Source: Neocallimastix sp. 'constans' | Taxonomy: Eukaryota | Length of the DNA: 64,000 nt | Reading direction: 5' to 3' | Assembly (NCBI GenBank): GCA_050613775.1 | Contig: JBODTK010000152.1 | Location: 62,001-126,000 of the forward strand | Shown: positions 1-11,565 of the stretch, piece by piece | How the letters are laid out: every line of letters starts with the position of its first letter | How positions within the stretch are numbered: the first letter of the stretch is position 1 | Notes under the pieces: model-generated | Told to the model about the DNA's origin: nothing | The model's input: the letters and a program-made list of their open reading frames with translations, nothing else | Databases searched by the model: none | Position numbers and translations under genes: made by a program

Positions 1-3000
1 AAAAATCTTCTCTGTTGGAAATTCTAAATTTTCATCATAGTTAATACCATCTGTTGAATTTTCAGTAGTATCATCATCAAATATTATAGTACTTGTGGAA
101 TATTCTATATTATCATCATATACCTGTTCATTTTCATATTCTTCTATGTATTCTTCCCTTTTTTTCTTTAAAGCAATATCTTCTATTTTTCCCATTCTTA
201 ATGGTGCAAATTTAGAACCTTTACTTTTATTATATGTTCCTTTATTTGATTCATATGCTTTATTTTTATTTCCATTATTATAATAACCCGATGTATTTTT
301 CGTTTTTTCAGCCATTACAAGATCATCAATTGGTTCTCTATTATTATTTCCTTTATTCTTATACATGTATAAATCATCAATTGGTTCTTTGTTAACAGTT
401 CCCTTACTTCTATTCATTGATAAATCATCAGTTGGTTCTTTAGTAGAACCATTACTATTTTTATGTATTGCTAAATCATCAATTATATCATTATTTGATG
501 ATCCATTACTATTTCTACTAATGCCTAATTCTCCTGAATTATTGTTTCTATTATTGTTATTATTATTCGTGCTTTTATTAATAGCTAATCCATTATTATA
601 ATAATTAGATTTCGAATTTGTACTACTTTTTCCCATTTTTAAAAGATTATTTCCGGATTTCACAGTTGTAAATCCTTTGTCTCTATACATAGCTAAATCA
701 TCAATTGGTTCTTTATTAGTATTTCCTTTATTTCTAAACATACCAAGATCATCAATTGGTTCTTTATTAGTATTTCCTTTATTTCTAAACATACCAAGAT
801 CATCAATTGGTTCTTTATTAGTATTTCCTTTATTTCTAAACATACCAAGTTCATCAATTGGTTCTTTATTGGTATTTCCTTTATTTCTAAACATAGCAAG
901 GTCATCAATTGGTTCTTTGTTAGTATTTCCTTTATTTCTAAACATGCCTAGATCATCGATTGGTTCTTTATTGGTGCTTCCTTTATTTCTAAACATTGCT
1001 AAATCATCAATTGGTTCCTTGTTGGTATTTCCTTTATTTCTAAACATGCCTAGATCATCAATTGGTTCTTTATTAGTACTTCCTTTATTTCTAAACATAC
1101 CAAGATCATCAATTGGTTCTTTGTTATTGTTTCCTTTATTTCTAAACATAGCTAAATCATCAATTGGCTCTTTGTTGGTATTTCCTTTATTTCTAAACAT
1201 ACCAAGATCATCAATTGGTTCTTTATTATTATTTCCTTTATTTTTAAACATAGCTAAATCATCAATTGGTTCTTTATTAGTATTTCCTTTATTTTTAAAC
1301 ATGGCTAAATCATCAATTGGTTCTTTATTATTATTTCCTTTATTTCTAAACATGCCTAGATCATCGATTGGTTCTTTATTAGTACTTCCTTTATTTCTAA
1401 ACATAGCTAAATCATCAATTGGCTCTTTGTTGGTATTTCCTTTATTTCTAAACATGCCTAGATCATCGATTGGTTCTTTATTAGTACTTCCTTTGTTTCT
1501 AAACATTGCTAAATCATCAATTGGTTCCTTGTTGGTATTTCCTTTATTTCTAAACATGCCTAGATCATCAATTGGTTCTTTATTGGTATTTCCTTTATTT
1601 TTAAACATAGCTAAATCATCAATTGGTTCTTTATTATTATTTCCTTTATTTCTAAACATGCCAAGATCATCAATTGGTTCTTTATTATTATTTCCTTTAT
1701 TTCTAAACATTGCTAAATCATCAATTGGTTCTTTATTGTTATTTCCCTTATTTCTATACATAGCTAAATCATCAATTGGTTCTTTATTAGTACTTCCTTT
1801 ATTTCTAAACATACCAAGATCATCAATTGGTTCTTTGTTATTGTTTCCTTTATTTCTAAACATAGCTAAATCATCAATTGGCTCTTTGCTGGTATTTCCT
1901 TTATTTCTAAACATACCAAGATCATCAATTGGTTCTTTATTATTATTTCCTTTATTTTTAAACATAGCTAAATCATCAATTGGTTCTTTATTAGTATTTC
2001 CTTTATTTTTAAACATGGCTAAATCATCAATTGGTTCTTTGTTAGTATTTCCTTTATTTCTAAACATACCAAGATCATCAATTGGTTCTTTATTATTATT
2101 TCCTTTATTTTTAAACATAGCTAAATCATCAATTGGTTCCTTGTTATCATTTCCTTTATTTTTAAACATAGCTAAATCATCAATTGGTTCTTTATTGTTA
2201 TTTCCCTTATTTCTAAACATAGCTAAATCATCAATTGGTTCTTTATTGTTATTTCCCTTATTTCTAAACATAGCTAAATCATCAATTGGTTCTTTATTGT
2301 TATTTCCCTTATTTCTAAACATGCCTAGATCATCAATTGGTTCTTTGTTATTGTTTCCTTTATTTTTAAACATAGCTAAATCATCAATTGGTTCTTTATT
2401 AGTATTTCCTTTATTTTTAAACATAGCTAAATCATCAATTGGTTCTTTATTATTATTTCCCTTATTTTTAAACATGCCAAGATCATCAATTGGTTCTTTA
2501 TTGTTATTTATCTTATTTCTAAACATAGCAAGATCATCAATTGGTTCTTTATTAGTATTTCCTTTATTTTTAAACATACCAAGATCATCAATTGGCTCTT
2601 TATTTGTATTTCCCTTATTTCTAAACATTGCTAAATCATCAATTGGCTCTTTATTATTATTTCCTTTATTTCTAAACATGCCTAGATCATCGATTGGTTC
2701 TTTATTAGTACTTCCTTTATTTCTAAACATAGCCAAATCATCAATTGGCTCTTTGTTGGTATTTCCTTTATTTCTAAACATACCAAGATCATCAATTGGT
2801 TCTTTATTATTATTTCCTTTATTTTTAAACATAGCTAAATCATCAATTGGTTCTTTATTATTATTTCCCTTATTTTTAAACATGCCAAGATCATCAATTG
2901 GTTCTTTATTGTTATTTCCCTTATTTCTAAACATAGCAAGATCATCAATTGGTTCTTTATTAGTATTTCCTTTATTTTTAAACATAGCTAAATCATCAAT

Positions 3001-6000
3001 TGGTTCCTTGTTGGTATTTCCTTTATTTCTAAACATACCAAGATCATCAATTGGTTCTTTATTGGTATTTCCTTTATTTCTAAACATAGCAAGGTCATCA
3101 ATTGGTTCTTTGTTAGTATTTCCTTTATTTCTAAACATGCCTAGATCATCGATTGGTTCTTTATTGGTGCTTCCTTTATTTCTAAACATTGCTAAATCAT
3201 CAATTGGTTCCTTGTTGGTATTTCCTTTATTTCTAAACATGCCTAGATCATCAATCGGTTCTTTGTTATTATTTCCCTTATTTCTAAACATAGCAAGGTC
3301 ATCAATTGGTTCTTTATTAGTATTTCCTTTATTTCTAAACATACCAAGATCATCAATTGGTTCCTTGTTAGTATTTCCTTTATTTCTAAACATAGCTAAA
3401 TCATCAATTGGTTCTTTATTATCATTACCTTTATTTTTAAACATAGCTAAATCATCAATTGGTTCTTTATTAGTATTTCCCTTATTTCTAAACATAGCTA
3501 AATCATCAATTGGTTCTTTATTGGTATTTCCTTTATTTCTAAACATGCCTAGATCATCAATTGGTTCTTTATTGGTATTTCCTTTATTTTTAAACATAGC
3601 TAAATCATCAATTGGTTCTTTATTGGTATTTCCCTTATTTCTAAACATAGCAAGGTCATCAATTGGTTCTTTATTGGTATTTCCATTATTTCTAAACATG
3701 CCTAGATCATCAATTGGTTCTTTATTGGTATTTCCTTTATTTTTAAACATAGCTAAATCATCAATTGGTTCTTTATTATTATTTCCCTTACTTCTAAACA
3801 TAGCAAGGTCATCAATTGGTTCTTTATTGGTATTTCCCTTATTTCTAAACATTGCTAAATCATCAATTGGTTCCTTGTTGGTATTTCCTTTATTTCTAAA
3901 CATACCAAGATCATCAATTGGTTCTTTATTGGTATTTCCTTTGTTTCTAAACATAGCAAGGTCATCAATTGGTTCCTTGTTATTATTTCCTTTATTTTTA
4001 AACATAGCTAAATCATCAATTGGTTCTTTATTATTATTTCCTTTGTTTCTAAACATACCAAGATCATCAATTGGTTCTTTATTAGTATTTCCTTTATTTC
4101 TAAACATGCCTAGATCATCAATTGGTTCTTTATTATTATTTCCCTTATTTCTAAACATAGCAAGGTCATCAATTGGTTCTTTGTTAGTATTTCCTTTATT
4201 TTTAAACATAGCTAAATCATCAATTGGTTCTTTGTTATCATTTCCTTTATTTTTAAACATTGCTAAATCATCAATTGGTTCTTTATTAGTATTTCCTTTA
4301 TTTCTAAACATGCCTAGATCATCAATTGGTTCTTTATTGGTATTTCCTTTGTTTCTAAACATAGCTAAATCATCAATTGGTTCTTTATTAGTATTTCCCT
4401 TATTTCTAAACATGCCTAGATCATCAATTGGTTCTTTATTGGTATTTCCTTTATTTTTAAACATAGCTAAATCATCAATTGGTTCTTTATTGGTATTTCC
4501 CTTATTTCTAAACATAGCAAGGTCATCAATTGGTTCTTTGTTAGTATTTCCTTTATTTTTAAACATGGCTAAATCATCAATTGGTTCTTTGTTATCATTT
4601 CCTTTATTTTTAAACATTGCTAAATCATCAATTGGTTCTTTATTATCATTTCCTTTATTTTTAAACATTGCTAAATCATCAATTGGTTCTTTATTAGTAT
4701 TTCCTTTATTTCTAAACATAGCAAGGTCATCAATTGGTTCTTTGTTAGTATTTCCCTTATTTCTAAACATAGCAAGGTCATCAATTGGTTCTTTATTAGT
4801 ATTTCCTTTATTTCTAAACATGCCTAGATCATCAATTGGTTCTTTATTAGTATTTCCTTTATTTCTAAACATGCCTAGATCATCAATCGGTTCTTTGTTA
4901 TTATTTCCCTTATTTCTAAACATAGCAAGGTCATCAATTGGTTCTTTATTAGTATTTCCTTTATTTCTAAACATACCAAGATCATCAATTGGTTCCTTGT
5001 TAGTATTTCCTTTATTTCTAAACATAGCTAAATCATCAATTGGTTCCTTGTTATTATTTCCTTTATTTTTAAACATAGCTAAATCATCAATTGGTTCTTT
5101 ATTAGTATTTCCTTTATTTTTAAACATTGCTAAATCATCAATTGGTTCTTTATTAGTATTTCCATTATTTCTAAACATACCAAGATCATCAATTGGTTCT
5201 TTATTTGTATTTACTTTATTTTTAATCATTGCAAGATCGTCAATTGGTTCTTTGTTATTATTTCCCTTATTTCTAAACATACCAAGATCATCAATTGGTT
5301 CTTTGTTATTGTTACCTTTATTTCTAAACATACCCAGATCATCAATTGGTTCCTTATTAGTATTTCCTTTATTTCTAATCATTGCGAGATCATCAATTGG
5401 TTCTTTATTTGTATTTACTTTATTTCTAATCATTGCTAAATCATCTATTGGTTCTTTATTTGTATAGTATGTATTTTGTCTATTATATCCCAAGTTATCA
5501 TTATTATAATCAATAATATCATTTTCTTTGGAATTTTTGCCTATTCCAAGATTACCACCGTTTTTACTATTCTTAGCCTTATAATTTTTCATAATATTTT
5601 TCATTCCCAAAGGAACATCACCGTAATCTCTTCTTTTCTTAAGTTTATTTTCTTTCTTCTTTTCTTCATTATTAACTTCGCATTTACCTTTTAAATGATT
5701 AGTTTTCTCAATATTATCAAGTGTTTCTTTTTTTTCTATTTTTCTTTTGTTCTTATGATTTATTTTATCTAATATTTTTTGAAGCATATTCACTTGCTTT
5801 TTGCATTTACTACTATTTATGTAAGATATTAAATAGTCTATTTGATTTTTATCAATCATATTTAAATATATATTAAGATAGTTATTATTATTATTATTAA
5901 AATAATTAGTTTTACATAGCATTAGGAAATCTAATACTATATTTCTACACTTTTGATCATAACAATTTGAATCTATTGTTTCTACTGAAAAATCAATTTT

Positions 6001-6450
6001 ATTATTCATTCCAAACTCTATATCCAATAAATTCTGAGAAAAAGGACATAATTGTCCAGAACTATCTAATTCACATTTTGATTTTAATAATACTTCTAAA
6101 TCTTTAGTTACATTACTTTCTACTTGACATAATTCTTTATATAAGTTAATGATATTTATGCATTTATTATATCCATTTAGACATAAATCATCTGCCGATA
6201 GATATTTTTTTATATTACATTCACTAAACAGATTGGCTGCCTCTTCACATGATTGCGGTGTTTGAAAGTTGCTTATTTTATTATCTTCAATGTTTCTTAA
6301 ATTATTATTATTATCAACAATTTCTCTACGAGATTCTAAATTTTCAGTATTATTCGTGCAGGATCCCTCATTTTTTAAGCACGGATTTGGATTAGAAAAT
6401 GATTTTGTAAATGCTAAAGATAATAAAAAGAAAATACAATGTATTTTCAT
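1..6450 (-). CDS. Giant secreted tandem-repeat protein (at least 2150 aa, C-terminus beyond the left edge): signal peptide, Cys-rich domain, KKRR, about 94 x 17-aa repeat, KKKR, acidic tail
   Basis: ATG at 6450 gives MKIHCIFFLLSLAFTKSFSNPNPC. I checked 1-700 and 5461-6450 codon by codon and found no stop, and the repeat translates NKEPIDDLAMFRNKGNT in the same frame. It is absent from the ORF track because no stop falls inside the window. Confidence 0.9.
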   Translation of the reverse strand, partial: MKIHCIFFLLSLAFTKSFSNPNPCLKNEGSCTNNTENLESRREIVDNNNNLRNIEDNKISNFQTPQSCEEAANLFSECNIKKYLSADDLCLNGYNKCINIINLYKELCQVESNVTKDLEVLLKSKCELDSSGQLCPFSQNLLDIEFGMNNKIDFSVETIDSNCYDQKCRNIVLDFLMLCKTNYFNNNNNNYLNIYLNMIDKNQIDYLISYINSSKCKKQVNMLQKILDKINHKNKRKIEKKETLDNIEKTNHLKGKCEVNNEEKKKENKLKKRRDYGDVPLGMKNIMKNYKAKNSKNGGNLGIGKNSKENDIIDYNNDNLGYNRQNTYYTNKEPIDDLAMIRNKVNTNKEPIDDLAMIRNKGNTNKEPIDDLGMFRNKGNNNKEPIDDLGMFRNKGNNNKEPIDDLAMIKNKVNTNKEPIDDLGMFRNNGNTNKEPIDDLAMFKNKGNTNKEPIDDLAMFKNKGNNNKEPIDDLAMFRNKGNTNKEPIDDLGMFRNKGNTNKEPIDDLAMFRNKGNNNKEPIDDLGMFRNKGNTNKEPIDDLGMFRNKGNTNKEPIDDLAMFRNKGNTNKEPIDDLAMFRNKGNTNKEPIDDLAMFKNKGNDNKEPIDDLAMFKNKGNDNKEPIDDLAMFKNKGNTNKEPIDDLAMFRNKGNTNKEPIDDLAMFKNKGNTNKEPIDDLGMFRNKGNTNKEPIDDLAMFRNKGNTNKEPIDDLGMFRNKGNTNKEPIDDLAMFKNKGNDNKEPIDDLAMFKNKGNTNKEPIDDLAMFRNKGNNNKEPIDDLGMFRNKGNTNKEPIDDLGMFRNKGNNNKEPIDDLAMFKNKGNNNKEPIDDLAMFRNKGNTNKEPIDDLGMFRNKGNTNKEPIDDLAMFRNKGNTNKEPIDDLAMFRSKGNNNKEPIDDLAMFKNKGNTNKEPIDDLGMFRNNGNTNKEPIDDLAMFRNKGNTNKEPIDDLAMFKNKGNTNKEPIDDLGMFRNKGNTNKEPIDDLAMFRNKGNTNKEPIDDLAMFKNKGNDNKEPIDDLAMFRNKGNTNKEPIDDLGMFRNKGNTNKEPIDDLAMFRNKGNNNKEPIDDLGMFRNKGNTNKEPIDDLAMFRNKGSTNKEPIDDLGMFRNKGNTNKEPIDDLAMFRNKGNTNKEPIDDLGMFRNKGNTNKEPIDDLAMFKNKGNTNKEPIDDLAMFRNKGNNNKEPIDDLGMFKNKGNNNKEPIDDLAMFKNKGNNNKEPIDDLGMFRNKGNTNKEPIDDLAMFRNKGSTNKEPIDDLGMFRNKGNNNKEPIDDLAMFRNKGNTNKEPIDDLGMFKNKGNTNKEPIDDLAMFRNKINNNKEPIDDLGMFKNKGNNNKEPIDDLAMFKNKGNTNKEPIDDLAMFKNKGNNNKEPIDDLGMFRNKGNNNKEPIDDLAMFRNKGNNNKEPIDDLAMFRNKGNNNKEPIDDLAMFKNKGNDNKEPIDDLAMFKNKGNNNKEPIDDLGMFRNKGNTNKEPIDDLAMFKNKGNTNKEPIDDLAMFKNKGNNNKEPIDDLGMFRNKGNTSKEPIDDLAMFRNKGNNNKEPIDDLGMFRNKGSTNKEPIDDLAMYRNKGNNNKEPIDDLAMFRNKGNNNKEPIDDLGMFRNKGNNNKEPIDDLAMFKNKGNTNKEPIDDLGMFRNKGNTNKEPIDDLAMFRNKGSTNKEPIDDLGMFRNKGNTNKEPIDDLAMFRNKGSTNKEPIDDLGMFRNKGNNNKEPIDDLAMFKNKGNTNKEPIDDLAMFKNKGNNNKEPIDDLGMFRNKGNTNKEPIDDLAMFRNKGNNNKEPIDDLGMFRNKGSTNKEPIDDLGMFRNKGNTNKEPIDDLAMFRNKGSTNKEPIDDLGMFRNKGNTNKEPIDDLAMFRNKGNTNKEPIDELGMFRNKGNTNKEPIDDLGMFRNKGNTNKEPIDDLGMFRNKGNTNKEPIDDLAMYRDKGFTTVKSGNNLLKMGKSSTNSKSNYYNNGLAINKSTNNNNNNRNNNSGELGISRNSNGSSNNDIIDDLAIHKNSNGSTKEPTDDLSMNRSKGTVNKEPIDDLYMYKNKGNNNREPIDDLVMAEKTKNTSGYYNNGNKNKAYESNKGTYNKSKGSKFAPLRMGKIEDIALKKKREEYIEEYENEQVYDDNIEYSTSTIIFDDDTTENSTDGINYDENLEFPTEKIF
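679..5463 (-). repeat. Coding minisatellite, 51-bp unit, about 94 copies
   Basis: Unit atcatcaattggttctttattagtatttcctttatttctaaacatagctaa recurs every 51 nt. More degenerate copies lie at about 310-490. Confidence 0.97.
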
Positions 6451-7097
6451 TTTTATATATATTACAATACTTTAATATATTTATTGAATTATTATCAATT
6501 TATATTTTAATAAAATTCTCCTTGTTGTATGAATTAGTATGCAAAATAATATATTATTAAAATATATTATAATATTAAATGAATATCTAATCTTAACAAA
6601 ATTCTATTCAAAAAATACTTGATAACAATATAGAAAATCTTTATGATATTAAATATTATTCATTATATATATACGAAAATAATAAAATGCTATTATTTAT
6701 ATTAATTCTAATTTTTATAATACATATTTAACCATTTTAAAAGAAAATAGTATCATTTAAAAAAAAAATAAAAGAAAATAAATTATAGATACATGATAAT
6801 AATTATTAAAGAACAGATAAAGATAAATAATAAATAAAAATAGAAAATTTCCTAAATATGTAAAAAATTTATGAATTAAACTTTCTAAAAATTTTAAATT
6901 TTAAAATTTTTGTTAATTTTTTTTTTCCATAATCAAATTTTTATATCCTAATTTAATATTAAATAACATTTATTTTACAATAAATAATTTTTAAACTTTC
7001 ATTTTTTTTAATTTTTTCTTTTTTTTCTATTTTATTTATTATTAAAATTATAATTATATATTTGAAAAATCTAAAATAGTGTATATCTTTTTTAAAT

Positions 7098-7332
7098 ATT
7101 ATTATTATTATTACTATTATTAGTATGATTATCATACTAATATTAATTTTAAAATTTATTACTATAATTAGTATTAATATTACTATTCTATTACTATTCT
7201 ATTACTATTACTATTACTATTGCTATTGCTATTACTATTATTACTATTACTATTACTATTGCTATTGCTATTACTATTATTACTATTACTATTACTATTG
7301 CTATTGCTATTACTATTATTACTATTATTATT
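7098..7332. repeat. TAT/TAC-type trinucleotide low-complexity tract
   Basis: Runs of attact/attatt/attgct; source of the spurious poly-Y and poly-L ORFs. Confidence 0.9.
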
Positions 7333-7366
7333 AATAGTAGTTATAGTAATAGTATTATATTTATTT

Positions 7367-7397
<31 letters not shown>

Positions 7398-7548
7398 TTT
7401 CTATCATTTAATAAATGAATAAGTTATCTTTAAAAAATACATTTAATTATAATATATATCAATATTTTTCACTTGATAAATTTGTAACCATACATTGCTG
7501 AACCGTACATAAGAAAAAAAAAAAGATGAATCGGATATGAAATATTCA

Positions 7549-7579
<31 letters not shown>

Positions 7580-7689
7580 TAAATAAATTATAAATTCTAA
7601 ATAACTTTACCTTTGGTAAATTATTTATTGATGTTTTTAATATATCTTACTAAAGTTTTATATCTAATTCAATTGTACTTTTTTAGACC

Positions 7690-7756
7690 AATAAAATAAA
7701 ATAAAATAAAATAAAATAAAATAAAATAAAATAAAATAAAATAAAATAAAATAAAA

Positions 7757-7855
<99 letters not shown>

Positions 7856-7856
7856 A
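7690..7856. repeat. (TAAAA)n then (TAAA)n microsatellite
   Basis: Directly visible in the sequence. Confidence 0.95.
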
Positions 7857-7998
7857 AAAGAAAAAAAAAAAACATAACTATATGGAAATATATTAACTGT
7901 AGATTGTTTAATATAATTTAAATTTGGAGTATTGTATTTTGTAATATGGCGTTATTTAAATAATACGTTATTTTTTGTTTTTGTAAAGTGGCGTACTA

Positions 7999-9021
7999 AC
8001 TTTTATATAAATAAATTAATGAAAACGTTAAATAAATAAATGAATAGATTATAAAAATTTTTTCTTTTCTGAAACTTTTATTTAAATATTTTATTTTTTA
8101 AAGAATATTTTATTTAAAGAAAATTTTAATTTAAATATTTTATTTTAAAAATATATAAATTTTTAATTTAAATCTTTGTATTAATACAAAGAACATTTTT
8201 TTTAAAAAAAAACTTTTTCTTTAAGAACATTTAAAGAATATTATTTTTATATATATTTTTAAAATTTATGAGATTTTCTTTTTTATTTTAAATATTTCGT
8301 AAATTTCAAGATTATTTTATTTTAAATATATATATATTGAAAATTTCAAAAATATTTTATTTTTTTTTTATAATGTATATATAAAATATAATATATATAT
8401 AATAAACTATAATTTGACATTGTTCATTAAATTATTATCTATTGATTTATTTATTAATTTATTTATTAATTTATTTATTAATTTATTTAAAATTTTGGAT
8501 TGTCACATTTTCTGAAATGCAACTTTCAGAAATATTTTTCATTCCACTCGAACTATTCTTTCTTAGAAGTCATCTTGAACAATGGTTTGACTATCTCTGA
8601 AAAGTTCATGATAAAATTCAGTTCCTAAATATGAAAGTTACTAATAGAAATACAGTAGTAATAAATTTAATAAAATAGTTGTTCATTAATACTAAATTGC
8701 AAAGTTTTTTTTTTTTAAAAAAAAAAAAAAATTAAAAATTAAAAATGTTTATACATCTTAAAAATATATAAAAAAAAATATTCTTTAAATATTCTTAAAA
8801 ATATATTTTTTAAAAATTCTTGAAAATTTATAAAAAATTATTCTTTTATTCTAAAAAAAAGTATTCTTTTTATTAATACAAAAAACAAAACTAAAAGTTG
8901 TATATAACTTTAAAATAAATATATAAATAAAATATTCTATAAAAATAAAATTTCTGAAAGTTTCATTTCGGAACGTGGCTATATATAAAATTAGCCTATT
9001 TAAAATCATTTATATAAAAGT
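7999..9021. mobile_element. Degenerate foldback/MITE-like element with long imperfect inverted arms
   Basis: acttttatataaat (7999) pairs with atttatataaaagt (9008-9021). Arms at about 8070-8265 and 8755-8965 are imperfect reverse complements. No coding capacity and no clear TSD. Confidence 0.5.
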
Positions 9022-9334
9022 GGCTTATATTATATTAAATAAGTAAACATTTCATAAATAATAAAGTTATATTTAATACTTAATTTCAAAGATAATAATA
9101 AAATAATATTTAATAATATTTATTTTATAGATATAAATTATATTTATATTTTTTGTTTATAATAATAATGTTCTTTTATTTTATTTGTTTTACTTTTTTC
9201 AATTTTTGATTTTTTAAATATATTTAATTTTCCATAATTTATTTATTTATTTATTTATTATTTATTTTCTATTTTATTTATTGCTTATTTATTTAATAAA
9301 AAGGTATGAAAAAAATTTTTTGATGTTTAAATGG

Positions 9335-9394
9335 GAGTGGTGCATTTCACCATGTTGCATTTCGCCAAATTGCCGTTCTCCAAATTGAAAATTA

Positions 9395-9442
<48 letters not shown>

Positions 9443-11336
9443 ATTTACATATAAATATAAATTTTTAAAGTAAATATTTAAATATTAAAGAAATTTTTCA
9501 TATATAAGTATCATAACAAATATCTGTTTAAATAAATAAATAATTGATAAATAATAAATAATACAATAAAAAATAATATAAACAGAATAATAATAATTAT
9601 AAAAGGATTGCCATTAATAATAATAATGTCGATTAAAATTATATATAATAGCTATTATTATTTACAAATATATATATATATATGTATTAATAAAAATAAT
9701 ATTTAACTACTTTAGAAAAACATAAAAAAGTTTTTCATATAGTATTTTATATTATAAATTAATAATAAATAATATATAATAAATAATAAATAAATAATAT
9801 GAACTGTAGCAATAATTACAGAAACATCAATAATAATATTTTTATTATAACAATGAAAATAATAATAGTTATTAAATATAAAAATAAATATAAAATTATA
9901 ATATAAAAATTTTTATACTTTATATATTAAAAAATATAATAATCTCATAAATAGAAATTATTTAAAAAATAAATGAATTAAAAAATAAGATTTGGATAAT
10001 TAATCATCATTTAAAATATATATAATTAAAAATATATATTGTTAAAATTAATCATTAAAATATTTAATTAGAAACTTTTATTAAAAAAAATGGAGATAAA
10101 TCAAGACATTGAAATAAGCAAAACTAATAGAGGAAAAAAAACAAATTATTTTAAACAGAAAATATAAGTTTAATCTTTCATCCAAAAGGAAAGACAATTC
10201 AAAAATATATATATATATATATATATATGTACTGAATATAAAACATTAAATAAATATCCATCTTTCATTATATTAAACAATGAGAATCAACTCTTAGAAT
10301 ATGATGACTCACATAATCATCTTGAAAATAAATTTGAAGCAGCTAAATCAATTGTAAAAAAATAAAATTAAAGATGAAATTTCAAATAGTTCAATTCCTT
10401 TTAATGTATATATAAAATTTATATATGATGATATTTCTCAAGGTATGGGTCTTATATGTCCTGGATATAATTCAATTGAATCCCAAGTAACAAGAAGAAG
10501 AAGAAAAACAGCTACCTCCTGATATAACAACATTTGATGAAATTCTCAATGAATCAAAATATTATAAAACAAAAAGGGATGAAAATTTTATGATATTCAA
10601 AAATAATGATTTAATTTTTTTTCAATCTCCATTCCAAGTAGAATTATTTTCTTAAAATACATTTATTTTTGTGGTTGGCACATTTTATATTGCACCTATA
10701 TTTAGTTATTAAGTATTCATAACTTGAACCTATGTTACATAATTAAATTGTTTTTACACTACTTCCTTTTCTATATTAAAAAATAAAAAGCAAACAAGTT
10801 ATGAAATATTATTTGAAGAAATAAAAAAAAATTCTTGTAAATATAATAATATTGAAATTCACCAAAAATATTTCATTGGGATTTTGAAAAAGCTATATCT
10901 AATGCTGCAGAAAAGGTTTCTATTAATTCAAATATTAAATATTGTATATAGTATTTTAAACGAGCATTAGAAATTCAAAAAATGAATTATGTGGTAATAA
11001 AGTTGGAATAATAAAAGATTTATATATTTATTATAAAAATATTTCTAAATATTATTAATAATTATTTTATTACTATTTTCAAAATATTAAAATAAATATT
11101 TATAATTAAATATATTTTTATAATTAAATATTATTAATAATTATTTTATTACTATTTTCAAGATATTAAAATAAACTTTATAATTAAATATTATAAATAA
11201 TTATTCTACTGCTATTTTTCAAAATATTAAAAAAATCTTTAATTAATTACTAGTTTTGAAAAAAAAATTTTTTTGAATTTTTATTTATTTATTCATTTAT
11301 TTATATCAATACACCACTTGGGGAAATGCAACACTC
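9335..11336 (+). mobile_element. Mutator-like (MULE) DNA transposon relic
   Basis: Terminal inverted repeats gagtggtgcatttcacca (9335) and tggggaaatgcaacactc (ends 11336) flank a transposase pseudogene. No TSD recognised. Confidence 0.7.
10090..11050 (+). pseudogene. MULE transposase pseudogene
   Basis: Frameshifted fragments: MEINQDIEISKTNRGK..CTEYKT..SHNH (FLYWCH/WRKY-like Zn finger), GTFYIAP (DGTF-type motif), DFEKAISNAAEKV and KYCI*YFKRAL (CxxH-type motif). Many stops. Confidence 0.8.
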
Positions 11337-11565
11337 TTCTTTTTAAATTTAAAAAAAAAAAACATATAACCCTTTTATATTTATTTCTGGTTTTATTTAT
11401 TTATATGTTTATAATTATTTATATGTGAAAAATATATTGAGGAATTTAGTAATTAGTTATAATTAGTGTTGTTGATAATTGAGCAATCGACAAAATAAAT
11501 AAATAAAACTTTTATAAATAATGAAAAAAATAATAATAAACAGAAGAAAAGTAAACAAAAAAAAA

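Noticed and set aside
679..5463. CRISPR array
   Set aside because: Contiguous 51-bp units with no unique spacers; protein-coding; eukaryotic context; no cas genes.
677..5467. 1596-aa plus-strand ORF (SSIGSLLVFPLFLNIAK repeats)
   Set aside because: Antisense shadow of the coding repeat. It starts and ends with the array and has a TTG start, whereas the minus frame extends beyond the array on both sides with a signal peptide.
7125..7875. Short poly-Y, poly-L and FIYL ORFs (also poly-F at 21493-21675)
   Set aside because: Translations of microsatellites and homopolymers.
11340..11565. 5' LTR and PBS of the copia host
   Set aside because: No convincing TG...CA unit or PBS is visible, and the 3' LTR needed for comparison is outside the window.
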